Source of the DNA: Scyliorhinus canicula
Taxonomy: Eukaryota
Length of the DNA: 64,000 nucleotides
NCBI RefSeq assembly: GCF_902713615.1
Contig: NC_052146.1
Coordinates: 262,759,350-262,823,349, forward strand
Reading direction: 5' to 3'
Of the stretch, positions 48,300-61,199 are shown in pieces. The notes beneath the pieces were generated by a model, which made no database searches, was not told the DNA's origin, and saw only the letters and a program-made list of their open reading frames with translations. Both the position numbers and the translations under genes were made by a program. Each line of letters begins with the position of its first letter. Position 1 is the first letter of the stretch.

Positions 48300-50620
48300 T
48301 TTAAAAAAGAATTTCTTGGAATGTGGGCGTCATCGGCTAGACCAGCCCTTTTTTCTTGCCCATCCCTAGTTGCCCTCGAGAAGTTGGTGATGAGCAGCCT
48401 TCTTGAACTGCCACAGTCCATGTGGTCTAGGTACACCCACAGTGCTGTTGGGGAGGGAACTTTGACCCAAAGGCTGGGAAGGAATGATATATTTCCAAGT
48501 TAGGATGGTGGGTGGCTTGGAGGGGAATGGTGGTTCTCCCGTGTGTCTGCTGCCCTTGCCCTTCTAGATGGTAGTGGTTTTGAGTTTGGAGCTGTCTGAG
48601 GAGGCTTGGTTAGTTCCGGCGGTTCATCTTGTAGATAGTACACACTGCTGCCACTGTGGGTCAGTGATGGAGGGAATGCATATTTGTGGTTGGGGTGCCA
48701 ACGAAGTGGGCTGCTTTGTCCTAATGGTATCAAACGTCTTTCTTTTAAAAAAAAATTTAGTGTACCCAATTCATTTTCTCCAATTAAGGGGCAATTAAGA
48801 GTGGCCAATCCACCTACCTTGCACATCTTTGGGTTGTGGTGCGAAACCCACGCAAACACGGTGAGAATGTGCAAACTCCACACGGACAGTGACCCAGAGC
48901 CTGGACCGAACCTGGGACCTCGGCGCCGTGAGGCTGCAGTATCAAACTTCTTGAACGTTGTTGTAGCTGGACTCCTCCAGAGAATATCCCATCACACTCC
49001 TGACCTCTGCCTTTTAGGTGGTGGACAGGCTTTGGGGAGTTACTCGCCACAGGATTCCTAGCTTCTGATCTGATTTGAAACCACGGTATTTATATGCTTA
49101 GACCAGTTCAGTTTCTGGTTAATGATAACCCCCAGGATTGTTGACAATAGGAGATTCAGCGCTGGTAATGCCTTTGGATGTCAAGGGACGACAGTTAGAT
49201 TCTCTGTTGTTGGAGATGGTCATTGCCTGGTACTTATGTGGTGCGAATGTTACTTGCCACTTGTCAGCCCAAGCCTTGATGTTGTCCAGCTCTTGCTGCA
49301 TTTGGACATGAACTACTTCAGTATCTGAGGAGTCATTAATGGGGTTGAGCAGTGGCGCCGTGGTTAGTACTGCTGCCGCTCAGCGCTGAGGGTTCATTCC
49401 CGGCCCGGGGTCACTGTCCATATGGAGTTTTCACATTCTCCCCGTGTCTGCGTGGGCCTCACCCCCACAACCCTAAAGATGTGCAGAGTAGGTGGATTGG
49501 CCACGCTAAATTGCCCCTTAATTGGAAAACAAAAATTGGTTACATTAAATTTAATGAATGGTGTTGAACATTATGCAATCTCAGCAAACCTCCCCACTTC
49601 TGATATTATGATGGAGGGGAAGGTCTTTGATAGAACTGCTGAAGATGGTTGGAATTGGGACACTACCCTGAGGAATTCCAGCAGTGATGTCCTGGAATTG
49701 GGATGATTGACCTCCAACAACCAAAACCACCATCCCTGTGCTAGATATGACTCCAACAGTAGAGAGTTTTCCCCCTAATTCCCATTGACTTCAATTTTAC
49801 AGGGGCCCCTTGATGCCATGCTCGGTGAATTGCTGCCTTGATGTCACGGACAGTCCTCTCACCTCACCTCTGGAAGTTAGCTCGTTTGTCCATGTTTGAA
49901 CTCAGGTGCTGAGTGACCCTGGCAGAACACAAACTGAGCATTAATGATAAGTTATTACTAAGCAAGTGCCACTTGATAGCTCGGTTGATGACTCCTTCCA
50001 TCACTTTACTAATGATTGCGAATGGACTGATAATTGGCCAGGTTGGATTTGTCTTGTTTTTTGTGACGAGGGCATATTTGGGCAATTTTCCATGTTGCCA
50101 GGCAGACACCACTGATTTAGCTGTACTGGAACAGCTTGGCTAGATATTCAGCAAGTTCTGGAGCACAAATCCTTCAGTATCATTGCCGAAATATTGCCTG
50201 GGCTCATAGCTTTTGCAGTATTCAGTGCCTTCAGCTGTTGATATTATGTGGAGTGAATCAAATGGGCTGAAGACTGGCATCTGTGATGCTGGGGACCTCT
50301 GGAGGAGGCTGAGATGGATTACTCACTCAGCATTTCCAACCTGAAGATCATTGTAAATAATTGAGCCTTATGATTTCCATTGATGTGCGGGGCTCACCCA
50401 TCATTGTGGAGCCTCCTGCTTCAGTGAATTGTTTAATTGTCCCATGGCTGGATGTAGCAGGACTGGAAATGAGACCTGATCCGCTGGTTGTTGAATCGCT
50501 TGGCTTTGTCTAACACTTGCTGCTTCGCATGCAATTGTCTTGTGTTGTAGCTTCAGCAGGTTGACACCTCATTTTTAGGTATGCCAAGATCCTGGCATGC
50601 CATCCTGCACTCTTCAACTA
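48300..50620 (-). mobile_element. LINE remnant (CR1/L2 group) with two nested SINEs
   Basis: IISKVMEGVIN and QQELDNIKAWADKWQVTFAPHK motifs; 3' tail at about 48310-48420. Confidence 0.8.
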
Positions 50621-51479
50621 ACTTGTTATGACAATGTTTGGATAGCTGGTCAGTCTGCAAGGGGAGATCATTAGATGAACCGACTTCCTTTCTTTGTGTT
50701 TAAGAAACTGCTTTTTCTCCACCCTCAATTAGAAGAATAAGATAGACAGTCTTGAGTGTGAGAACAGGAAGACCCCGTTGTGGCACTCTCTCCTCCCACC
50801 AGTCGTCCTGCAAGCTTGTTACCTGACTCTTGTTTAACAAGCCATGTACGTGCTGTGGGCAGCATTGTTAAAAATTAATCCAGCAGCTGCAGACTCCAGA
50901 AGGAAAGAGAGAAATCTTCTGTCAACGTCTTCCAATGATCTCGATGCAGAATCTGGAAAAATCATCAAACCCAGTTTTAAACCATTCAAGTCATCAATCT
51001 ACAAGATCTGTAAACAAATCACCCTTTGACTCTTAATCCATTTAACTCGACCTTCCATGTTTCAATTTATCTGTGTGTGTGTGAACTCTTGAATGCACGT
51101 GAGAGTGAGTGTTGGAGCATTTTATTATTTTATCTAAATCGAGTTTTTAAAGTACAACAAACACTTTCCTTTTCTTTTAAAAACAAACAGAGATTTAGTG
51201 TACACACAGCATTTAAAGACATGAATACTCACTGAATTGGTAAGCAAATTTAAAACAAAATACCAGTTGTGGGTAAGTCAGGAGTAGAAAAAGAGGGGAG
51301 CCATTCTACCACTTCTCAACTGATCATAACACTTGTGTGTGTGTGTGTATGTATGAATAGTAAACAGTTCCATGCTCATTTCTGATAATACGCATTTGTC
51401 ATTCATTTTATTGAAAATCTTGACATTGGCTAAGTTAGAAAACAAATCGGCACTGTGCAGTGGTGGAAAACAAATTGAC

Positions 51480-53300
51480 ACTAATGGGCAGTGAATAAGT
51501 ATAATTCTTGATCATCTTATTTACTGTTTTATTATCGTCTCCACAAAGCTGAATGGACCCATCTATTTTTTGAACTGTCACAATGGGTGTGGCCCATTCA
51601 GCACTCTTCTTAATTGTCCTCGTTCTTTAATCTATCCAAGTATTTACTTTTTCTAACTGTGCTTCAGGCGCTGGCCTAGCCTTGTAAAATGTTGGCTATA
51701 CATTATACTCTATTCTGACTTCAGACTTTTGATGCCTAACTTTACTAGGTCTATTTTCTCAAAGGTCACTATGTGCTCTGTGAGAACTTCCTCAATGCCA
51801 GGGATCTTGCTAATCCCTACTGTAAGTAACTCAGCCCAACTTAACCCTATTTTCTTTAGCCAATTCCTTCCCATTAGGGAGACTTTGTTCCCTTCTACTA
51901 ATACCAGTGGCAAGTAATAGGATGGATCATCCTATTCCACCCTCACATTACTGTTATTGGAATAACTAGTCAGTTTCACACCCATTTTGCGTAAGAGAAT
52001 GTGACTTAAGGATATCTTGTGCTCTCTTTCTGAGATAACCGGTACCTGCTGCAGCTCTATCATAACCAAAAATAAATTGTGAATCTTCGACTTTCGTTTT
52101 TACTGTGGGCGCTGGAATTATATCTTCAACCCTTTTACTCACAGCTGTATGTACTCTTTTTCTTGCTCTCTGAATACAACTCTTAATCCTCCTGCTCGAT
52201 TGCACCAACTTTGGTTCATTTGTGGACCACAAGACTCCTGAACTAGCTATAGATATACCAAAACCTTGACTTGGTGCTTTACTGCAACCTCGATTATTAC
52301 TGTTTCCTCCTGGATGTGATCAACTTTCCTACAGGTATATCACTTTGACTGAGGGTGGGGCATTTAAATGGTAGGTGACTACCATGGCAACAGCGACACA
52401 ATATTTGACTCTGAACTTGGTTGCCTGTGGCCTGGATCTTGCTGAAATTTGGTGGGCCTCATATTCCAGCTCAGGAAAGAACTCTGATGCAATCTACAAC
52501 TATTTCTGTGCTGTGGCCTCATCGTAGGCCTCCTTTAATGTTAGCTTATTTGGTTTGTTCAAAAGCTTGGCTTGGATTTTATTGTATTTTAGGCCTCCAA
52601 CAAACATGTCACTAAGGTTGATTTCTAAGTTCGCACCATACCTACAGTGATGAGTTCCTTTAATTTAGGAATGTAATCTGCAACGGTCTCATTTAGTAAC
52701 TGCTTCCATTCATGGAATGCCAGTCTCACTTCAATACCATAGATGAGCCATAATACGAGTCTAGAACTTCACCAATTTCGGAATAGTCCATAGTACTGGT
52801 GTCTTTGGGGCAGCATTGTTTAGACACCATCTTGAGCATCTGGCCCCATCATGATCATGAAAGCATTTATCCTCATTTCATATTTAGTTCACTTTCAGCC
52901 AAATGTGTAACCGTTGTAATTTGTAATTGTACCAATCCTCCTTGTTAGTCAGGATTGAATTTCACCATTGACCCTAAATATGCCTTCTGAGCCATTTTTT
53001 CAATTCTATAATGTGCTAACTCACTGTGTACCCGAATACGCTGTGCGTATGGAGAAATCTTTAAAATTGCTCACAGTTCCTCAAGTTCTACTTTAGACAT
53101 TCCAAAATGTGCCGCAATGCTCTTAAAACTTATTTCTCAAATGAAATACAGAAGAAATTTCTATCCCATCCTCATCACCATCTTTCTGTTGTGTATTGCA
53201 TTAAGATTAACAGATACTTAACTGCAGATAACCATTATTGACCAACTTTATTTATATCTCCCCAACAGAGGACAATGTAACAAAATGCTCAGGTCTTGCA
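51480..53300 (-). mobile_element. Decayed Gypsy LTR retrotransposon 5' part (LTR remnant, PBS, gag, protease)
   Basis: PBS TGGTGATGAGGATGGGAT (53163-53180) matches the complement of the tRNA-Ser(GCT) 3' end at 16/18. Gag-like start MAQKAYLGSMVKFNP near 52996. Protease-like PLVLVEGNKVSLMGRNWLKKI. Confidence 0.7.
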
Positions 53301-54009
53301 ATATACACCAACAAGTAGGAACATAGGAGCAGGGATAGGCCATTTTGCCCATTAAGCCTGTGCCGACATTTAAATAGATCATGGCTCATCTTCTACCTTA
53401 ATGCTACCTTCCATCCCTTGATTGACCTCTACTTTGAATATACTCAGCGACTGAGCCTCTGGGATAGAGAATTCATCACCCTCTGAAGAAATTCCTCCTC
53501 ATATTGATCCTAAATGGCCTACCTCTTATACTGAGACTGTGTCCCTTGGTTCTAGACCCCAGTAAGCACCTTTTCTGCATCTATGCTGTTGAGCCCTGTA
53601 AAAAATTTTATACTTCAATGAGATCACTTCTCATTCTGCTAAACTCCAGAAAATCCTAATCCTAGAGATCTGTCTGGTGAACATTTGTTGCATTTCCTCT
53701 ATGGCCATATATCCTTCTTTAGGTAAGGAGACCAAAACTGCAGACACTACTCATAGAATCATAGAATTTATAGGGCAGAAGGAGGCCATTCAGCCCAATG
53801 CGTCTGCATACGCACTTTGAAAGAGCACCCTACTTAAGTCCACACCTCCACCCCATCCCTGGTGTGGTTTCAACTAAGGCATGACAACTGTAGCATGACT
53901 TCCTTACCCTGTGCTCCAATTCCCGTGAAGTAAATGCTAACATTTCCTTTGTCTTCCAAATTGCTTGTTGCACCTGCAGGTTAGCTTTCAGTGACTTCTG
54001 AACAAGAAC

Positions 54010-57000
54010 ACCCCTTCATTTTACTGCTGTCCATGTGCCTGTTTAAGAGTCCCTTAAATGTCCCTAATGACTCTGACTCCACCACCTCTGCTGGCAGTGC
54101 ATTCCACACACCCACCACTCTCTGTGTAAAGAATCTACCTCTGACATCTCCCCTATACCGTCCTCCAATCACCTTAAAATTATGTCCCCTCGTGACAGCC
54201 ATTTCCACCCTGGGGAAAAGTCTCTGGCTATCCACTCTATCCATGTCTCTAATCACCTTGTACACCTCTATCAAGTCACCTCTCTGTCTTCTTCACTCCA
54301 GTGAGAAAAGCCCTAGCTCCCTCAACCTTTCTTCATAAGACACGCCCTCCAGTCCATGCAGCATCCTGGTAAATCTCCTCTGTACCCTCTCCAAAGTATC
54401 CACATCCTTAATATAATGAGGCGACGAGAACTGGACACAATATTCCAAGTGTAGTCCAACTAGAGTTTTATAAAGCTGCAGCAAAATCTCGTGGCTCTCA
54501 TACTCAATCCCCCTGTTAATGAAAGCCAACACACCATACGCCTTCTTAATAACCTTATCAACCTGGGTGGCAACTTTGAGGGATCTATGTACGTGTACCC
54601 AAAGATCCCTCTGTTCCTCCTCACTTCCAAGAATCCTGCCTTTAACCCTGTATTCAGCATTCAAATTCGACCTTCCAAAATGAATCACTGCACATTTATC
54701 AAGGTTGAACTCCATCTACCACTTCTCAGCCCAGCTCTGCATCCTGTCAATGTTGTGTTGTAACCTGCAACAACCATCAACACTATCTACAACTCCACCA
54801 ATCTTCGTGTCATCGGCAAACTTTCTAACCCACCCTTCCACTTCCTCATCCAAGTCATTTTTTTATTTTTTTATTTTTTAAAATAAATTTAGATCACCCA
54901 ATTATTTTTTCCAATTAAGGGGCAATTTAGCGTGGCCAATCCACCTGCTCTGCACATCTTTGGGTTGTGGGGGCGAAACCGACGCAAACACGGGGAGAAT
55001 GTGCAAACTCCACACGGACAGTGACCCAGAGCCGGGATCGAACCTGGGACCTCAGCGCCGTGAGGCGGTTGTGCTAACCACTAGGCCACCGTGCTGCCCG
55101 TTCCAAGTCATTTATAAAAACCACAAAGAGCAGAGGTCCCAGAACAGATCCTTGCGGGACACCACTGGTCTCCGACCTCCAGGCGGAACACTTTCCATCC
55201 ACTCCCACTCGATGTCTTCTTTCGGCCAGCCAGTTCTGTATCCAGACAGCCAAAGTTCCCTGTATCCCATGCCCCCTAACTATCTAAATGAGCCTACCAT
55301 GGGGAACCTTATCAAATGCCTTCCTGAAATCCATATACACCACATCCACTGCCCGACCTTCATCAATGTGTCTCGTCACATCCTCAAAGAATTCAATGAG
55401 GCTTGTGAGGCATGACCTGCCCTCAAAGCCATGCTGACTATCTTTAATCAAACTATGTTTTTCTAAACAATCATTAATCCTATCTCTCAGAATCCTTTTC
55501 AATATTTTGCTCACCACAGACGTAGGACTGATGGGTCTGTAATTCCCAGGGATTTCCCTATTCCCTTTCTTGAATAGGGGAACAACATTCGCCTCCCTCC
55601 AAACATCCGGTACTACTGCAGTGGAGAGTGAGGACGCAAAGATCATTGCCAATGGCACCGCAATCTCCTCCCTCGCTTCCCGTAGTAACCTTGGGTATAT
55701 TCCGTCAGGCCCAGGGGACTTATCTATCCTGATGCCTTTCAAAATTTCCAGCACACCCTCCTTATTAATATCAACCTGTTCGAGTCTATTAACCTGGTTC
55801 ATACTGTTCTCATGGGCAACAAGGTTCCTCTCTCTAGTGAATACTGAAGCAAAGTATTCATTCCCCCTATCTCTTCAGACTCTAGGCACAAGTTCCCTCC
55901 ACTATCCCTGATCGGCCCTACTCTCACTCTGATCATCCTCTTATTTCTCACATAAGTGTAGAACGTCTTGGGTTTTCCCTAATCCTTTCCACCAGGGCTT
56001 TTTCATGCCCTCTTCTAGCTCTCCTCAGTCCATTTTTGAGTTCCTTCCTGGCTACCTTGTAACCCTCGAGAGCCGAGTCAGATCCTTGCTTCCTCAACCA
56101 TACGTAAGCTTCATTCTTCCTCTTGACTGGATGCTCCACTTCTCTTGTCATCCAAGGCTCCTTCACCTTACCATTCCTTCCTCGTCTCAGTGGGACAAAA
56201 CAATTCAGCACTCGCAGCATGTGCTCCTTAAACAATCTCCACATTACTGTTGTGTATTTCCCCAAGAACAATTGTTCCCACTTTATGCTCCTCAGCTCCT
56301 GTCTAATAGCAATATAATTTCCCCTCCCCCAATTAAATACCTTCCCATACTGTGTGTTCCTATCCCTCTCCATGACCATGGTAAAGGTCAAGGAGTTGTG
56401 GTCACTGTCGCCGAAATGCTCTTCCACCGAGACATCTGACACCTGGCCTGGTTCTTTGTCGAGCACCAAGTCCAATATGGCCTCCCCCCTAGTCGGCCTA
56501 TTTACATATTGAGTCAGGAATCCTTTCTGTACACACCTGACAAAATCTGCTCCATCCAAACCATTTGCACTAAGGAGGTTCCAGTCAATGTTAGGGAAGT
56601 TGAAGTCACCCATGACAACAACTCTGTTACTTCTGCACTTTTCCAAGATCTGCCGCCCAATTTGTTCCTCTATCTTTCTGCTGCTATTGGGGGATCTATA
56701 GAAAACTCCCAATTAGGGCCTCACGGTAGCATGGTGGTTAGCATCAATGCTTCACAGCTCCAGGGTCCCAGGTTCGATTCCCGGCTGTGTCACTGTGTGG
56801 AGTCTGCACGTCCTCCCCGTGTGTGCGTGGGTTTCCTCCGGGTGCTCCGGTTTCCTCCCACAGTCCAAAGATGTGCGGGTTAGGTGGATTGGCCATGCTA
56901 AATTGCCCGTAGTGTAAGGTTAATGGGGGGATTGTTGGGTTATGGGTATACGGGTTACGTGGGTTTAAGTGGGGTGATCATTGTTCGGCACAACATCGAG

Positions 57001-57370
57001 GGCCGAAGGGCCTGTTCTGTGCTGTACTGTTCTATGTTCTATGTTCTAAAGTGACTGTTCCTTTCTTGTTTCGGACTTCCACCCATACTGACTCACTAGA
57101 CAAACCCTCCTCAACTACCTCCTTTTACCCCCTCCTCTTTTACCTCCCTCCCTATTCTTAAAACATCTAAACCCCGGAACATCTAACAACCATTCCTGCC
57201 CCTGTGAAATCCTTGTCTCCGTAATGGCCACAACATCGTAGAAGTACTGATCCATGCTCTAAGTTCATCTCCCTTATTCTTGACACTCCCTGCATTGAAA
57301 CAGACACACTTTAACCCATTCCACTGAGTGCAACTTTGCCCTATCAACTGTCTATCCTTCCTTACAGACT
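54010..57370 (-). mobile_element. Long CR1 LINE copy (APE endonuclease + RT, disrupted) with nested SINEs at 54861-55101 (-) and about 56716-57047 (+)
   Basis: LKCVCFNAGSVKNK, VMGDFNFPNIDW, ILDLVL...SDHN, KSPGPDGIYPR, YMDFRKAFDKVPH and LEYCVQF motifs. Confidence 0.93.
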
Positions 57371-57374
57371 TGCT

Positions 57375-60270
57375 GCCTATTTCTGCCTGTGGAAGTCTTT
57401 TAAGGAGCAATTGATGGGAGTGCAGAACAGGCATGTGCCGATGAAAAGGAAAGGCAGGATTCGGGAACCATGGATGACCAGCGAAAATGCGAATCTAGTC
57501 AAAAAGAAAAAGGATGCATAGATGAGGTCTAGGCAACTAAAAACAGATGAAGCACTTGAAGAATACGGGGAAAGTAGAAAAGAGCTCAAACAGGGAGTTG
57601 GGAGGGCACAAAGTGGTCATGAAATATTCTTGGCAGACAGGATTAAGGAGAATCCCTAGGCATTTTACATGTATATTAGGAACAAGAGGGTGGCTAGAGA
57701 AAGAGTTGGTCCACTCAAGGACAAAGGAGGGAAATTATGCGTAGAACTAAAGGAAGTATGTGAGATCCTTAATGAGTACTTTGCATCAGAATTCACAATG
57801 GAGAGGTTCATGTTGATTGGTGGTGTCTCAGAGGGATAGGTAAACACTTTAGAACAAGTGATTATTACGAGGAAGGAAGTGTTAGGTGTGTTAAAAAGCA
57901 TTAAGGTAGACAAATCCCCAGTGCCAGATGGCATCCATCCCAGATTACTGAGGGAGACAAGAGATGATATTGCTGGGCCTCTTAATAGAAATATTTGTTT
58001 CCTCGTTGGCCACAGGTGAGGTCCCAGAGGATTGGAGTATCGCCAGTGTTGTCCTGTTTTTTAAGAAGGGTTGCAAGGATAACCCGGGTAATTATAGGCC
58101 AGTGAGCTTGACGTCCGTGATAGTGAAATTGTCAGAAAAGATTCTCAGAGATAGGATCTATGCACATGGAGTTTAAGACTAGGGAGGTTATGCTGCAATT
58201 GTATAAGGTGTTAGTGAGGCCACACCTGGAGTATTGTGTTCAGTTTTGGTCTTCTTACTTGAGAAAGGACGTACTGGCACTGGAGGGTGTGCAGAGGAGA
58301 TTCACTAGGTTAATCCCAGAGCTGAAGGGGTTGGATTACGAGGAGAGGTTGAGTAGACTGGGACTGTACTCGTTGGAATTTAAAAGGATGCGGGGGGATC
58401 TTATAGAAACATATAAAATTATGAAGGGAATAGATAGGATAAATGCAGGCAGGTTGTTTCCACTGGCGGGTGAAAGCAGAACTAGGGGGCATAGCCTCAA
58501 AATAAGGGGAAGTAGGTTTAGGACTGAGTTTAGGAGGAACTTCTTCACCCAAAGGGTTGTGAATCTATGGAATTCCTTGCCCAGTGAAGCAGTAGAGGCT
58601 CCTTCATTAAATGTTTTTAAGATAACGATAGATAGGGCAGCATGTGGCGCAGTGGTTAGCACTGGGACTGCGGCGCTGAGGACCCGTGTTCGAATCCCGG
58701 CCCTGGGTCACTGTCCGTGTGGAGTTTGCACATTCTCCCCATGTCTGCGTGGGTTTCACCCCCACAACCCAAAGATGTGCAGGTTAGGTGGATTGGCCAC
58801 GCTAAATTGCCACTTAATTGGAAAAAAATAATTGGCTACTCTAAATTTAAAAAAAAAAGATAACGATAGATAGTTTTTTGAAGAATAAAGGGATTAAGGA
58901 TTATGGTGTTCGGGCCGGAAAGTGGAGCTGAGTCCACAAAAGATCAGCCATGATCTCATTGAATGGCGGGGCAGGTTCGAGGGGCTAGGTGGCCTACTCC
59001 TGCTCCTAGTTCTTATGTTCTTATGAATGAAAGTGACAGACAGCATGGTTTTGTATGAGGGAGTCATGTCTCACTAATTTAATTTGAGTTTTTTGAGGTG
59101 ACAAAAATGATTGACGAGAAAAGGGCTGTGAATATTGTCAACATGGACTTTAGTGAAGCATTTTACAGGGTCCTTCATGGCAGGCTGGTGCAAAAGATTA
59201 AATTACATGGGGTCAGGGGTGAACTAGCTAGATGGATTCAGAATTGGCTTGGCCATAGAAGTAGCAGTGGAAGGGTGTTTTTTTGAATGGAGGTCTGTAA
59301 CGAGTGATGTTCCATAGGGATCAGTACTGGGACCTCTCCTGTTTGTAATATATATGAATGACTTGGAAGAAAACTTAGCTGGTCTCATTAACAAGTTTGC
59401 GATGATACTAAGATTGCAGGAGTTGCGGATAGTGATGAATATTGTCTGAAAATACAGCAGGATAGATAGACTGCAAAATTGGAAGGAGAAATGGCAGATG
59501 GAATTTAACCCGGACAAATGCGAGGTGATGCATTTTGGTAGATTCAATTCAGGTGGGAGCTATAAAACAAATGGCAGAACCATCAGGAACATAGAGACAC
59601 ATTGATCTGGGATTGCAGGTCCACAGATCCTTAAAAGTGCAGCACAGGTGGAAATAGTGGTAAAGAAAGCATATGGCATGTTTGCCTTCATCGGACGGTG
59701 CATCAAGTATAAAAGTTCGCAAATTATATTACAGCTATATAGAATGTTGTTTAGGTCACATTTGGAATACTGTGTCCAATTCTGGTCACCACACTACCAG
59801 AAGGATGTGGCGGCTTTGGAGAGAGTACAGAAAAGGTTTACCAGGATGTTGCCTGGTATGGAGGGTATTAGCTATGAGGAGAGATTGAACAAACAGGGAT
59901 TGTTCTTCCTAGAAAGTCAGAGACTGAGGGGCGACCTGATAGAAGTTTATAAAATTATGATAGGGTGAACAGTTGGAGGCTTTTTCCCAGAGCGGAAATG
60001 ACAATTACAAGGGGGTAGAAATTCAAGGTGAGGAGGGATAGGTTGAGTGGAGATGTGCGGGGGATGTTTTTTAGAGGGTGGTGGTGGCCTGGAATGCACT
60101 GCAAAGTGAGGTGGTTGAGGCAGATACGTTAGCGACCTTTAAGATAGACACATGAACAGACGGGGTATAGAAGGATACAGGCGGTTGGTCTAAATAGGAT
60201 ACTTGATCGGCGCAGGCTTGGATGGCCGAAGGGCCTGTTCCTGTGCTGTATTCTCCTTTGTACTTTGTAG
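57375..60270 (+). mobile_element. CR1 LINE remnant containing a nested younger CR1 3' fragment (about 58167-59025), itself carrying a SINE
   Basis: The RT sequence breaks after KILRDRIYAH and resumes at QHGFV near 59041. The inner copy has its own (TTCTTATG)n tail. Confidence 0.88.
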
Positions 60271-60787
60271 TCTTTCTAAATCTCCTTGAAGCCTCTTTAC
60301 TAACTTGTGGGACCTTACTTTGAAAGCCTTATGATAATCCAAATATACTGCATCCACCAGTTCTGCCTTTATCTATTCTGCTAGTAACATCCTCAAAAAC
60401 AACTCCCAGCAGGTTTTTCAAACATGATTTCCCTTTCATAAATCCACGTTGACTCTTCATGATCTCCCCATTATTTTCGAAGTTCCCAGTACATCCTTTA
60501 TAATAGATCTTAGCATTTTCCCTGTTATGGTGTCTGCAGTTCCCTGCTTTCTCTCTCACTCCTCCTTTCTTAAATAGTGGGGTTACATTTATTACCTTCC
60601 AATCTGCATGACCCATTCCAGAATCTGTGGAATTTTGAAAGATGATCACTAATATATCTCTACAGCCACCTCTTTCAATACTCTTTTTTATTTAAATGTA
60701 GAGGACCCAATTATTTTTTTTTCTAATTCGGGGCAATTTAGCGTGACCAATCCACCTAACCTGCACATCTTTTGGGTTGTGGGGGTT

Positions 60788-60980
60788 GTGGTGATCTGCA
60801 TCACTGTAGATACACAAGGGGTTAATGTAAGTACACATAGACTAGCTAGACACTAGAGGGAGCACCAGAGACATGACACACAGACATTCAACCAATAGGT
60901 CAGTAAGATAGGACACGACCAATGGGCATTCACGATACACACAGAGGTGACACTACCACAGGAGGGCATTACACCAACCG
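60788..60980 (+). mobile_element. Partial LTR-like fragment
   Basis: Starts TGTGGTG where a SINE is abruptly truncated and contains two CCAAT motifs. No 3' end identified. Confidence 0.4.
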
Positions 60981-61199
60981 GGAGATGGCGGAATTTCATG
61001 CGGTCATTTGGAAAGCCATAGAAAAAGTCCTTCACTTTCAGTAAATGCTTTAGGTCCTTGGACAAAGGATTTTGCTGTTATAACCATAACTTTGCATCAA
61101 TGACCACATCGGCTTTTTTCAAGCTATCCAGTGGAAATACTGAAAAAATATTTTAAACTTTGGCTGAATCTATTGATGCTGCGACACTAGGGGGAGCTC

